A stretch of 64,000 nt of DNA, taken from an uncultured Tenacibaculum sp. GTDB lineage: Bacteria > Bacteroidota > Bacteroidia > Flavobacteriales > Flavobacteriaceae. Location of the stretch: positions 22,797-86,796 of the forward strand of contig CANNGJ010000006.1 in assembly GCA_947504185.1 (NCBI GenBank), read 5' to 3'. A program made the position numbers and the translations under genes. The first letter of the stretch is position 1. Each line of letters opens with the position of its first letter. Below the pieces are notes generated by a model that was not told the origin of the DNA, did not search any database, and saw nothing but the letters and a program-made list of their open reading frames with translations. Shown here piece by piece: positions 11,165 through 20,715 of the stretch.

Positions 11165-12964
11165 TTATTGTTTATAATATGAACCAAATAGTTTTACTGG
11201 TGACCAATCTGGAAGCATTTCAGGTGCTTTTGGTGCTAAACTCTCAAAATCTCCTGCTCCGTATACTGGTTTTCCATTTACTACTGTTAGTACTGATTCT
11301 ATGGTTTTAATATCATCTTCGGCAACTGCCATATAATCTTTAGATAAGATTACAAAGTCTGCAAATTGCCCTTTTTTAATGCGTCCTTTAACATCTTCTT
11401 CTTGCGAAAACCAAGCACTACCGATGGTATGTACGCGTAAGGCTTCTTCTCTGGTCAATACATTGTCTTTGTCATATAGTTGTCTACCACTTGCAGTTTT
11501 ACCAGATACCATATAGTGTAATGACACAAAAGGATTGAAACTACCACCTCGAGTACCATCAGTTCCCATACCAACAGGAATACCTTTATCATAGATATAG
11601 CGTAATGGTGGACTGTATTTTCCTGCTTCAGCACCATAACGCTCTACATAATCATCTCCTAAAAACACCATTCTATCTTGCAGAGCCAATCCACCACCTA
11701 AAGCGACTATTCTATCTACCGTTTCTGGCGTAATCGTTTCGCCATGTTCTATTGACCAACGTAATCCGTTTAATGGTGTTTCTTTGTTTACTTTTTCAAG
11801 TACATCTAAAATTTTTTGGATAGATTCATTATAAGTGGAATGTACCTTGAATGGCCAACGTCTTTCAATTAATAGTTTTAAAACAGGGGCTAAATTTTCT
11901 CCCATTGTTTCTGGTAATTCAGGACGTTCCCATCTAAAATTCTCATAATCGGCAGCTTCCCATAAAATATATTCTCCAGCTCCATCCAATTCGAAACCAT
12001 GTTCTTTATGAGGATCTGTGTTTTTTCCTGCTTTGTTGGCATCACTCCAAGCCGTAAAGTCTTGTAATTCTCTTTTGGGTTTTTGAGCAAATAAGTAAAA
12101 TGAAGTTCTAATCGCCAATTTTCCATCTGCTGCCAATTGCTCTGCTGTATTGTATTCTTGTGGATAGTTGAATCCACCACCTCCAGCATCAATCACACCT
12201 GTTAATCCAAAACGTGCCAATTCTCTAAACATATGGATGGTAGAATTTGCTTCAACGTCCTTACTTGTTCCTGGTAAGGCTGCAATTTTTCCGTAGAAAA
12301 TTCCCGGATGTGGTTCTGCTAACATTAATCCTGTAGGATTTCCGTTTGCGTCACGTTCAAAACGCCCTTGGTATGGGTCTGGTGTGTCTTTGGTAATTCC
12401 TAAAGCTTCCAGTCCTTTTTTATTTACGATTCCTGCACTATAAAAATATTGCATATATACAGGTCTATTTGGTGATGCTTCAGTTAATTCAGCAGGTGTT
12501 GGTAAACGTTGTTCTTTAAACTGCCAAGGAGTCCATCCACCAATGACACGAACCCATTCACCTTCTGGGGTAATCTCTGCTGCTTTTTTTATCATTTCCA
12601 ATCCTTCCTTTAAGGTTGGAACACCATCCCAACGTAATTCACGTGTATAGGTCAATCCGCTTCTTAAGAAATGAGAGTGTGAATCAATCAAACCTGGAAT
12701 GATTCTTTTTCCCTCTGCATCAATAACCTCAGTACTATCTCCTTTTAACTTTAATAATTCTTTCGAATTACCTACTGCTAAAATTTCACCGTCCTTTATA
12801 GCCAATGCCTCTGCATTAGGCTGATTCTCATCTAAAGTGGTGATAGTTGCATTATGCACAATCATATCTGCCACTTCTTTTGGTGTTTGATTGTCTTTAC
12901 ACCCTAAGAAGAGTAGTAAAGACAACACACCGATTACTAGTTTTTTTGTTTTAGAATCTATCAT
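11165..12964 (-). CDS. Amidohydro_3-family metal-dependent hydrolase, exported lipoprotein
   Basis: Lipobox LLFLGC. PGLIDSHSHF metal motif. 599 aa, YtcJ-like length, with a C-terminal ADFVILS motif. Confidence 0.85.
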   Translation of the reverse strand: MIDSKTKKLVIGVLSLLLFLGCKDNQTPKEVADMIVHNATITTLDENQPNAEALAIKDGEILAVGNSKELLKLKGDSTEVIDAEGKRIIPGLIDSHSHFLRSGLTYTRELRWDGVPTLKEGLEMIKKAAEITPEGEWVRVIGGWTPWQFKEQRLPTPAELTEASPNRPVYMQYFYSAGIVNKKGLEALGITKDTPDPYQGRFERDANGNPTGLMLAEPHPGIFYGKIAALPGTSKDVEANSTIHMFRELARFGLTGVIDAGGGGFNYPQEYNTAEQLAADGKLAIRTSFYLFAQKPKRELQDFTAWSDANKAGKNTDPHKEHGFELDGAGEYILWEAADYENFRWERPELPETMGENLAPVLKLLIERRWPFKVHSTYNESIQKILDVLEKVNKETPLNGLRWSIEHGETITPETVDRIVALGGGLALQDRMVFLGDDYVERYGAEAGKYSPPLRYIYDKGIPVGMGTDGTRGGSFNPFVSLHYMVSGKTASGRQLYDKDNVLTREEALRVHTIGSAWFSQEEDVKGRIKKGQFADFVILSKDYMAVAEDDIKTIESVLTVVNGKPVYGAGDFESLAPKAPEMLPDWSPVKLFGSYYKQ

Positions 12965-12966
12965 AA

Positions 12967-13956
12967 TTATTCTTTTTTACCTGAAAGTTCTTTGTATGTA
13001 TTAGGCACATTTATTTGAGAATGTACCCAACCAAAAATAGGATATCCTTTGTAGTCATCCATAGTTACTTTTTCAACTGTTTTTTCTAAAGACCAACCTT
13101 TCTTTACTGCTTTACTTACTTGCTTATCTAGTTCATCTAAATAATTAATGGCAAAGTTTAAATCTGATTTTTTCATGGCAGTATGATGACCAGGCACAAT
13201 AATAGCATCCTCAGGAATGAAGTTTTTAATTTTCTCCATTGTTGTTTTTACTTCCATATGTTTTCCATCTAATAGCCATGGAAGTCCTGGTTTTCCAGAC
13301 ACCCATACATTTCCCGTCCAAAGCACTTTACTTTCTGGTTCCCAAATAAATAAATCTCCTGAAGTTTGCCCGAATCCGAAGGTGTGTATTTCTACTGTTT
13401 TTCCTCCTAAATTAATTTTCATGATGTCTTCATTTTGAATAAGGACATCAGCTTCACGAGCAATTACTTTTTCGATACCTCTTCCTTTACCGAAGCTACC
13501 CATCATCCATTCTTTATCTTTTTCAAAATAATTAGCAATATAATCTGCTGTGCCTTGATGTTGAATGACAGTAGTAGATGATGGAAAAACATAGTTTCCA
13601 TAACTATGGTCTCCATGATAACTTGTATTTACCAAATATTTAATTGGTAAGTCTGTTTCTTGGCGGATTAAAGCAATTAATTGGCCTGCTAAATCTGCAT
13701 TTAAAAATGATTCGATTACCAATACGCCTTTTTTACCGACTATAAATCCACCACTAGTTGGTTTTGGAGCTTCTGCTGGTGCTTCAAAACTTTCTTGTGG
13801 AAATACTCCAAACACTCCTGGAGAGAGTTCTTTTTTTACCAAAATTATTTTATTCGCATCCCAAATTGGTTCTTGTGCAACTGCCGTAGTGATTGTAAAA
13901 AAAGCGAGCAATAGCAATGTTAATTTACCGACTGATATTTTCATATTTGTTTTCAT
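12967..13956 (-). CDS. MBL-fold metallo-hydrolase, exported
   Basis: Signal peptide, then NTSYHGDHSYGN (an HxHxDH-type motif) and a later PGHH motif. Confidence 0.8.
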   Translation of the reverse strand: MKTNMKISVGKLTLLLLAFFTITTAVAQEPIWDANKIILVKKELSPGVFGVFPQESFEAPAEAPKPTSGGFIVGKKGVLVIESFLNADLAGQLIALIRQETDLPIKYLVNTSYHGDHSYGNYVFPSSTTVIQHQGTADYIANYFEKDKEWMMGSFGKGRGIEKVIAREADVLIQNEDIMKINLGGKTVEIHTFGFGQTSGDLFIWEPESKVLWTGNVWVSGKPGLPWLLDGKHMEVKTTMEKIKNFIPEDAIIVPGHHTAMKKSDLNFAINYLDELDKQVSKAVKKGWSLEKTVEKVTMDDYKGYPIFGWVHSQINVPNTYKELSGKKE

Positions 13957-13991
13957 GATATTTATTTTTAGTTGTTTTATATTAAATTGTA

Positions 13992-14366
13992 TTAGGCTTT
14001 AAAAAGTGCCGAGTATTTTTCTTTATTAGCATACATTAAAAAGATGTTCATAGCGATTGCCATAAGCGCAAAAAGAATATTTCCTATATCTAAAAACAAG
14101 TGAAATAATAAAGCATTCAAGAGAATAGGAAATAAAATCACCAATGCTAAAGCCCTGTACTTATTAAAAAGAATCAATGCTCCTGTAATTATTTCAACGA
14201 CCGCTACAATAGTCATTATATACCCTGTTTTTAATAATGCCCCCATAAATTCTCCTGCTGGTTGCGCAAGTTCTCCCATGGGCATAAATTGTAAAAAATT
14301 GTTTAATCCGAATGTTATTAGCATAATACCTAGTATCGCACTAATTATTGTGGTTGCTTTATTCAT
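13992..14366 (-). CDS. DoxX-like small membrane protein
   Basis: 124 aa with four hydrophobic helices, of DoxX-like type. Confidence 0.55.
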   Translation of the reverse strand: MNKATTIISAILGIMLITFGLNNFLQFMPMGELAQPAGEFMGALLKTGYIMTIVAVVEIITGALILFNKYRALALVILFPILLNALLFHLFLDIGNILFALMAIAMNIFLMYANKEKYSALFKA

Positions 14367-14384
14367 ATAATATTTAATTAGTAT

Positions 14385-15802
14385 TTAAAATTTATAACTT
14401 AATGTTGGAGCAAAATGAAATATGTTTTCAGATTCTCCACTTTCTTTTAAAAAATCACCAGCTATGAAATAGCTTATATCTAGTTCTAGTGACAAATGTC
14501 TGTTAAACTCGTATTCAGCTTTAAAACCTAATTGATTCCCTAAACTTTTATCGGTAATTCCATTAGCAGGTCTTGCTACAAATCGAGGTGGACTGTAGAG
14601 ACCATCATTTTTAGAGGCTCTCCAAAAGAAGCCCCATTCTGCATACAAGTTTAATTTTTCAGTAGGTTGTACAGAAACTGACGGATGAACCGATATCATA
14701 TTCACTGGTGTAATGGTAGCTGCTAAACTATAGTAGGCAGGATTTACAAACATTGGATTAAATGTATTTACCTTTCCGTCCCCTAAATGCTTATCACCAC
14801 TGGTATATTCTAGCTTTAATCCAGGATTTATTCTCCAGATTGTATTGATGAGTTCATAATGCCAATCCATCTCAATATTAAAAGCACTGATGTCGCTGTT
14901 TCCAATCTCTCCAAATTGATAAATTAATTCGGTATTGTAATTCCAACGCTTTCCTAGTTTTCCAAATCTCCGCAATCCAATACTATGTCGTGTTTCCTCT
15001 CCCGAAACATCATTAAATCTTGATTGGTCAGATTGAAATCCAAAATAATAGAGTTCGTTTAGTCCTGTGAAATTTTTAATCTTAAATTTTGAATACAAAC
15101 CCCATAATTGAGGGTTGGTTGCATCACCATCAAACAACGTGAATTTATTATCAAAAGCTTCAAATAAGGGACGTACTTCTTTTCCATAAAATGCCTGAAT
15201 ATTGGTTTTTCCAACCTTATATGTTGCTCTGGTGGCATCAAAAGTTCTACGAATATTTGGACCTTCTCTAAAACCTACTAAACGTGCTGCACCAAAAGCC
15301 ATTTCTTGTCTTCCTAATCTAAATACTAGGCTCGAACTTTCCTGTAATGGAATCTTAAAATCTATAAATGCTTGATGAAAACCAACCTCATCATATTCTG
15401 CAAACTCTTTTTCATGACTGGTATAACCATGATATAATTCTCCAAAAACTCGTACATATTTTCCTAACACTAAATCTGTGTGCAATGCTATACGTTGCGA
15501 ATAAAAATCTTGATCTACATTACCTTGCCATAAACGATTAGAATAATGTTCAAATCGTGGCCTAATTTGCCCACCAAAAGACATATATATATATCTTTCT
15601 TTGAATTTAAAGGAATAAACTTAATAACATCGAAAACATCTTCTCTATATGGATTATTCTCTTTAGACTTTAAATATTCATAGTTTTCTAAAGACCTTAG
15701 TAATTTGTATTTGGGAGGCTCTTTTTTTGTTTCTTGTTCTTGAGCATATGCTCCTTGAACAACTAAGAAAACTAATATTAGTTTGATTATTGATTTTCTC
15801 AT
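14385..15802 (-). pseudogene. alginate-export-family outer-membrane porin, reading frame broken in a (TA)6 tract
   Basis: ORF 15515-15802 encodes the signal peptide plus the N-terminus (...KYKLLRSLENYEYLK...FIPLNSKKDIY). ORF 14385-15584 continues MSFGGQIRPRFEHYSN through a beta-barrel ending in YKF. Removing one TA unit at 15583-15594 joins them as KKDIYMSFGGQIR, giving about 471 aa. Confidence 0.75.
15583..15594. repeat. (AT)6 dinucleotide tract at the porin frame break
   Basis: ATATATATATAT read directly from the sequence. Confidence 0.95.
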
Positions 15803-15814
15803 ATGTTTAATTTT

Positions 15815-16387
15815 CTAATTGATATTTTTTTCTATTCGTTTATCTGGTACTACCCATATAACAGCTACAAGTACATAACAAATAATTGCTAATATTGGTG
15901 ATATAAAACTTAGTATTAATCCAATTATATAAAACAACATAGATAGTTTTCCTTTACGATCTTTTCCTATTGCTTTACGCAACACAAAACCCTCATCATG
16001 ATATTTTATAATTCTAGATTGTAAAATATAATAAGCTAAAGCTGACATGAGTAACACAAAACCATATAAAGCAACAGGTGCCGTTTCTATATGATGTTCT
16101 CCAATCCATGAGGTCGCAAATGGTATTAACGACAACCAAAACAATAAATGTAGATTAGCCCACAAAATTTTCCCGTTTACCCTTTCAGTTATTTGAAATA
16201 AATGATGATGATTATTCCAATAAATACCCAGAAAAATAAAACTTATTAGATAACTTATAAATACTGGAAATAGAGGAATCAATGCTTCTAATGTTACTTC
16301 ATCGGGAGCTTCTAATTCTAATACCATAATTGTGATAATGATAGCAAGTACACCATCACTAAAGGCTTCTAATCTATTTGTTTTCAT
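15815..16387 (-). CDS. TMEM175-family potassium channel (DUF1211)
   Basis: N-terminal signature RLEAFSDGVLAIIITIMVLE. 190 aa with six TM helices. Confidence 0.85.
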   Translation of the reverse strand: MKTNRLEAFSDGVLAIIITIMVLELEAPDEVTLEALIPLFPVFISYLISFIFLGIYWNNHHHLFQITERVNGKILWANLHLLFWLSLIPFATSWIGEHHIETAPVALYGFVLLMSALAYYILQSRIIKYHDEGFVLRKAIGKDRKGKLSMLFYIIGLILSFISPILAIICYVLVAVIWVVPDKRIEKNIN

Positions 16388-16390
16388 TAG

Positions 16391-16693
16391 TTATCGTTTA
16401 AATCGTAATTTTTGAATCATTTCAGACGAAAGCGAGTCTGCATATACTCCATAAGCATCTACTAATGTTCCCTTTTCACCTGAATTGGTTTCAATCACAT
16501 ATACTACAGAATTATCGTCGGCACTACTCATACCTTCAAATCGATACATCTCTACAATTTCAAACACTTCTGGACCAAATACTTTATTTATAGGTTTACA
16601 TTCTATTTGGTGCTCTTGTAAATTAAAATCGAAGATATATCCTCTTTTTTCTAAATCATTTAGCGCTTCGGAAAGTGTATCATAAGATTTCAT
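16391..16693 (-). CDS. conserved hypothetical 100-aa protein
   Basis: MKSYDTLSEALNDLEKRGYIFDFN... resembles a small Bacteroidota family of unknown function. Tightly packed between its neighbours (3- and 6-nt gaps). Confidence 0.55.
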   Translation of the reverse strand: MKSYDTLSEALNDLEKRGYIFDFNLQEHQIECKPINKVFGPEVFEIVEMYRFEGMSSADDNSVVYVIETNSGEKGTLVDAYGVYADSLSSEMIQKLRFKR

Positions 16694-16699
16694 AATTTT

Positions 16700-17191
16700 T
16701 TAATTTTGATTAGTTACTAACTTATAAGAGCTTTCAATGATTGTTTTTATATTGTCTAACTCCTCTTCGCTTCTAGGAGCATAAATCAGTACATGTCCAA
16801 ATTTTTTATCTGAAAAAATTCTACTATCTAAGGGATGATACTCTCCCCAGCCTTTTGCTATTACTCTTTCAGCATCTTCTCTTCTTAAAGATAAATGTAA
16901 ACTTCCTCCATGTTCATTATCCATTGGTGGATGGATGTGTGTAAACTCTCTACCAAATTGTAATACCTCTTCATTTATGTTACTATAATTATCTTTAATC
17001 CACGCCGCTCTTGCTCCTCTAACTGAAATAATGGTTGGTCTTTCTTCTACATTTTCTAATGAAAATAACCATTTTGCTAATTCAGCATACATTTCTTTTG
17101 TTGCATTGTCAGAAAATTGTAAATGAGGTAATGCATCACCTGTTACTGGTCTATTACCTTGCCTTATTGAAATATCTGTTATTGCTTTCAT
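16700..17191 (-). CDS. luciferase-domain-like (DUF5519-type) protein
   Basis: EFTHIHPPMDNEHGGSLHLSL...AKGWGEYHPL matches the EF(A/T)H(L/I)HP..DGSLHL...GW.E.HP pattern of that family. The call is from memory. Confidence 0.5.
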   Translation of the reverse strand: MKAITDISIRQGNRPVTGDALPHLQFSDNATKEMYAELAKWLFSLENVEERPTIISVRGARAAWIKDNYSNINEEVLQFGREFTHIHPPMDNEHGGSLHLSLRREDAERVIAKGWGEYHPLDSRIFSDKKFGHVLIYAPRSEEELDNIKTIIESSYKLVTNQN

Positions 17192-17263
17192 CTATATTCT
17201 TTTTTAGAATATCTGAAAAGGATGGGGAGTATTCTCCTTTAAAGATACATATTTATTAAATTA

Positions 17264-17983
17264 TTACAAAGTCATTGGAACTTCTACTAATAAAACATCG
17301 GAAGTTGTGTTTGCTGTTAGCTTAACTTCAGAAGTCTCCCAAACACCTAAAGCATCTCTCTTATCAAGTATATGCTTATCAATACTAATGTTTCCATCTA
17401 TATTCATTGTATACAGTCCATGATTTTCCGATTTCAAAGTATATTTAAAAGTGTTTCCTTCTGTTAAGATTATTCTGGAAATCTGTGCGTCTTGATGAAT
17501 TTTTAGACTTCCATTCTCTTTTGAATCAACAGGACTTACCAACACTTGTAACGTATCTTTTCTATCAGCTTCTTCAAAATACTTCTGCTCATATTGTGGG
17601 CTTACATTTAATTCATTAGGTACAATCCATAACTGAAAAAAGTTTGCTTTCTCCGTTTTACTATCGTTAAATTCTGAATGTGTTAAACCACTTCCTGCCG
17701 ACATTGCTTGCACTTCTCCTGTAGTAATTGCTTTCTTATTATCCATGCTATCTTTGTGAGACAATGCTCCTGATAACGGAATAGAAATGATCTCCATATT
17801 ATTATGTGGATGCGTTCCAAAACCCATTTTTGGTTCAACATAATCGTCATTAAACACACGAAGTGCTCCAAAACTCATTCTTTCTGGATTATAGTAATTG
17901 GCAAAACTGAATGAATGGTAACTTTCTAACCAACCATGATTTGCATGCCCTCTTGTGTTTGCTTTATGAATTATTGTTTTCAT
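17264..17983 (-). CDS. pirin-family protein (YhhW-like)
   Basis: GFGTHPHNNMEIISIPLSGALSHKDS cupin metal motif; 239 aa. Confidence 0.9.
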   Translation of the reverse strand: MKTIIHKANTRGHANHGWLESYHSFSFANYYNPERMSFGALRVFNDDYVEPKMGFGTHPHNNMEIISIPLSGALSHKDSMDNKKAITTGEVQAMSAGSGLTHSEFNDSKTEKANFFQLWIVPNELNVSPQYEQKYFEEADRKDTLQVLVSPVDSKENGSLKIHQDAQISRIILTEGNTFKYTLKSENHGLYTMNIDGNISIDKHILDKRDALGVWETSEVKLTANTTSDVLLVEVPMTL

Positions 17984-18007
17984 TTTTATTTTATGTTTTG
18001 TATTAAA

Positions 18008-18039
18008 TCGTCATCCCTGTTGTAAATATAGGATGACGA
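18008..18039 (-). terminator. hairpin between the two pirin genes
   Basis: TCGTCATCC-14 nt-GGATGACGA, followed on the minus strand by TTTAATAC. The U-tract is weak. Confidence 0.4.
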
Positions 18040-18072
18040 CTATGTTAACCCCTTCGACTATTATATTCAGGT

Positions 18073-18942
18073 CTAGTATAAATAGCCCATTTTACCTTGC
18101 TGAAAATCGCGCATTGCTTCCATAATTTCAGTTTGAGTATTCATTACGTATGGCCCGTATTGAGAAACCTTTTCTTTAATTGGTTCGCCTGAAAGTACTA
18201 ATAAAGTACTCTCTTTTTTGGCTTCAATTTCAACAAAATCTCCATCTTGATTGAAGGTTATCATTTGTGTTGCTCCTTTCTTCAAAGTAGCTTTATCGTT
18301 TACCAATACTTCGCCATCTAATAAATAAATCAACGACTCGTGCGTTTGCGGAATGTCGATTTTCATATTGCCTTCTGTTTGCGTTTTTACCGTAAATACA
18401 TTGACTTCTGTTTGCGTTTGAATCAATCCTTTTTTATTAGCTTGTTTACCTGCAATTACTTTTAAATCTATCGTTTTATCATCGTTTTGTACTACAGGAA
18501 TATCCTCACTCTTTAAATGTTGATAATTTGCAGGCATCATCTTTTTTGCTGCTGGAAGATTTAGCCACAATTGAATTCCTTCTAACTCCCCTCCTCTTTC
18601 TACGAACTCTTTACTTGGTCCTTCTGCGTGAATAATTCCACGTCCTGCGGTTGTCCATTGTACATCGCCTGCTTTTACGAGCATTTCATTTCCTAAAGAG
18701 TCACGATGCAACTGCTCGCCTTTAAACAATAATGTTATTGGTTCAAACCCACGATGTGGGTGCGGCCCTAAATCAAACGGATTGTTAAATGCGCTAATTG
18801 CATACGGTCCGTAATGATGTAATAATAAGAACGGATCAACTTGCTCTATACCTTCTGTTGGTAATGGTTGACGTAATCTTATCGGTCCCATATTTACTAA
18901 TGGGCTTCCTACTTTATTTTTTATGGTTTTTAATGTTTTCAT
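18073..18942 (-). CDS. pirin-family protein (two-cupin, 289 aa)
   Basis: LGPHPHRGFEPITLLFKGEQLHRDSLGN and a C-terminal YGPYVMNTQTEIMEAMRDFQQGKMG. Confidence 0.9.
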   Translation of the reverse strand: MKTLKTIKNKVGSPLVNMGPIRLRQPLPTEGIEQVDPFLLLHHYGPYAISAFNNPFDLGPHPHRGFEPITLLFKGEQLHRDSLGNEMLVKAGDVQWTTAGRGIIHAEGPSKEFVERGGELEGIQLWLNLPAAKKMMPANYQHLKSEDIPVVQNDDKTIDLKVIAGKQANKKGLIQTQTEVNVFTVKTQTEGNMKIDIPQTHESLIYLLDGEVLVNDKATLKKGATQMITFNQDGDFVEIEAKKESTLLVLSGEPIKEKVSQYGPYVMNTQTEIMEAMRDFQQGKMGYLY

Positions 18943-19127
18943 TTTGTTTAAATTTTGTCATTGCGATGGCATCAAATCAATCTTTATATTTTGATTACGC
19001 TCTGTTTACGTTCGCAATGATGTTTTAATATTAATACTCTAGTCTTACCTATCATTCTTTTTTCTGAGAAAGATATATGCTGGGTATTTTTTGTCGTTTA
19101 TATTTCATAATTATTTTTATTTTAAAC

Positions 19128-19149
19128 ATTTTCCATGGAAAATATTTTT
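19128..19149. promoter_or_regulatory. perfect 16-bp palindrome ATTTTCCATGGAAAAT fused to AAAATATTTTT
   Basis: Read directly. Lies between the MarR stop (19193) and the pirin start (18942). It shares both sub-motifs with the sites at 19896-19928 and 23213-23245. Confidence 0.35.
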
Positions 19150-19192
19150 GCAAATTTTTTTGACTCCTATATTTTTATAGGAATCAAAAAAA

Positions 19193-19630
19193 TCATCTTA
19201 TCTTATCTAATAAATCACTTAATTGATTCGCTTCTTCTTCTGAAAGATTGTGAATAAAATCAAAGTCAATATTTCCATCAATTATTTTTAACAATTCTAA
19301 GCCTTGATTTGTTATACTTATATATACCACCCTCCTATCATGATCACATCGTACTCGTTCAATTAGTTTTTTATCACATAGTTTATCCATCAAACGCGTA
19401 GCATTTGGGGCTCTTTCAACCATCCGATCTTTAATAACTTGAACTTTTATTGGTTCTTTAGCTCCTCTTAAAATTCTAAGGATATTATACTGTTGTGGTG
19501 ATATTCCATAAGGCTTAAAAAAATCATTTTCCTTACTAATAATCCAATTTGCCGTATATTTTATGTTGATAAAAGCTTTCACTTTACTGTTTGGGAATGT
19601 TGAATTAATATCTTTAGAAATGTCTCCCAT
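19193..19630 (-). CDS. MarR-family transcriptional regulator
   Basis: Winged-HTH core ISPQQYNILRILRG...IKDRMVERAPNATRLMDKLCDKKLIERVRCDHDRRVVYISIT. Confidence 0.9.
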   Translation of the reverse strand: MGDISKDINSTFPNSKVKAFINIKYTANWIISKENDFFKPYGISPQQYNILRILRGAKEPIKVQVIKDRMVERAPNATRLMDKLCDKKLIERVRCDHDRRVVYISITNQGLELLKIIDGNIDFDFIHNLSEEEANQLSDLLDKIR

Positions 19631-19634
19631 CTTA

Positions 19635-19874
19635 TTAATTTAAGTCTTTCATTATTTTGTTAAACTCATCTGTAGTTGGTGTTAAATACACTTCATCATC
19701 AACAAATAATGTTGGGTATTTTAAAAGGCCTCCATACAGCTCTTTGGAGTGCTCTTTGGCTTCTACATCTACAGATATATCTTTATAATTAAATGGAATT
19801 TCTGCCATTCTTAAATAATTTTTAAAGGCTACTGTATGTGCGTGCCCTTTTCTACCATATATAGTTATCTTCAT
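19635..19874 (-). CDS. glutaredoxin-fold protein lacking cysteines
   Basis: KITIYGRKGHAHTVAFKNYL...YPTLFVDDEVYL follows the Grx beta-alpha-beta layout, but the CxxC position reads GHAH. The 79-aa protein has no Cys at all. Confidence 0.55.
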   Translation of the reverse strand: MKITIYGRKGHAHTVAFKNYLRMAEIPFNYKDISVDVEAKEHSKELYGGLLKYPTLFVDDEVYLTPTTDEFNKIMKDLN

Positions 19875-19895
19875 TTTTTATCTCCTTTCTGAGTA

Positions 19896-19928
19896 CAAAT
19901 TTACGAAAAATATTTTTATTTTCCAAGG
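19896..19928 (-). promoter_or_regulatory. candidate promoter plus operator of the grx-like/MarR operon
   Basis: Plus-strand sequence is CAAATTTA-CG-AAAAATATTTTT-ATTTT-CCAAGG. On the minus strand this gives TTG-N20-TAAATTTG (a TAnnTTTG box) ending 21 nt before the ATG at 19874, with a 12-nt AT palindrome in the spacer. Confidence 0.45.
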
Positions 19929-19983
19929 AAACTATTTTAATAGTAAATATATAAAGAATTAAGAAAATATTATTTAAAGTTGA

Positions 19984-20265
19984 TTAGGCTAAAACATCTG
20001 AATATTCTGACCTCTTGTCAAAAACTGATTTTGCAAACGGACACAACGGAATGGCTTTAATGCCTTTTTCTCGCATAAAGTTTACCGAAGCTGCTACTAA
20101 TTCATAACCAACTCCTTGTCCGCGTAAACTATCTCCTACTTCTGTATGGTCTATAATAATTTTATCATTTCCAGCCCAAGTATAAGTCATTAATGCATTT
20201 TTGCTTCCGTTAACTTCAACGTAAAATTCTCCTTTATTTCCGTTGTCTTCTTGTTGTACTTGCAT
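19984..20265 (-). CDS. small GNAT-type N-acetyltransferase (YjdJ-like)
   Basis: 93 aa. HTEVGDSLRGQGVGYELV...CPFAKSVF is typical of the Acetyltransf_CG family. Confidence 0.75.
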   Translation of the reverse strand: MQVQQEDNGNKGEFYVEVNGSKNALMTYTWAGNDKIIIDHTEVGDSLRGQGVGYELVAASVNFMREKGIKAIPLCPFAKSVFDKRSEYSDVLA

Positions 20266-20269
20266 TTTC

Positions 20270-20701
20270 CTATCCTTTAAATTCTGCTTTTACATGCGCA
20301 CCATCGCAGTAAGGTTTATTTTGCGAAGCTCCACATCTACAAAATGCTGTGGTTTTATTTTTCTTTTCCTCGGTTCCGTCAGAATTCTTTATATGCAGGG
20401 TTCCGTATATTAACAATGGACCATTTTCTAAAGCTTCTACTTCAGTTACAGTATGCATTGACTCTTGATTATCTCCTTTAGATACATAAGATAATGCGCC
20501 AGACGGACAAGCTTCTACTTGTTTTTTTATACAAGCAGTTGTTGCACCCTTCATATTTACCCAAGGCCTGTTTTGTGGATTGAATACTTGCAATAATTCT
20601 TTCCAACATTTCTTCGCATGGATACAAGTATTGGGTTTCCACACTACAGTAAGATCATCATTACTATACTCTTTGATTATTTCTTTTTTTCCGTCTGACA
20701 T
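20270..20701 (-). CDS. divergent 4Fe-4S mono-cluster domain fused to a CDGSH iron-sulfur domain
   Basis: N-domain CIHAKKC...CPSGAL. C-domain CRCGASQNKPYCDGAH, which is the CDGSH signature. Confidence 0.8.
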   Translation of the reverse strand: MSDGKKEIIKEYSNDDLTVVWKPNTCIHAKKCWKELLQVFNPQNRPWVNMKGATTACIKKQVEACPSGALSYVSKGDNQESMHTVTEVEALENGPLLIYGTLHIKNSDGTEEKKNKTTAFCRCGASQNKPYCDGAHVKAEFKG

Positions 20702-20715
20702 AATTTATTTTTTAA

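Noticed and set aside
11455-12192. Same-strand alternative-frame ORFs inside the amidohydrolase gene (11455-11637, 11890-12192), with similar cases at 1341-1535, 7238-7495, 15059-15241 and 17683-17871
   Set aside because: They are nested out of frame within longer ORFs that carry family motifs. There is no independent support.
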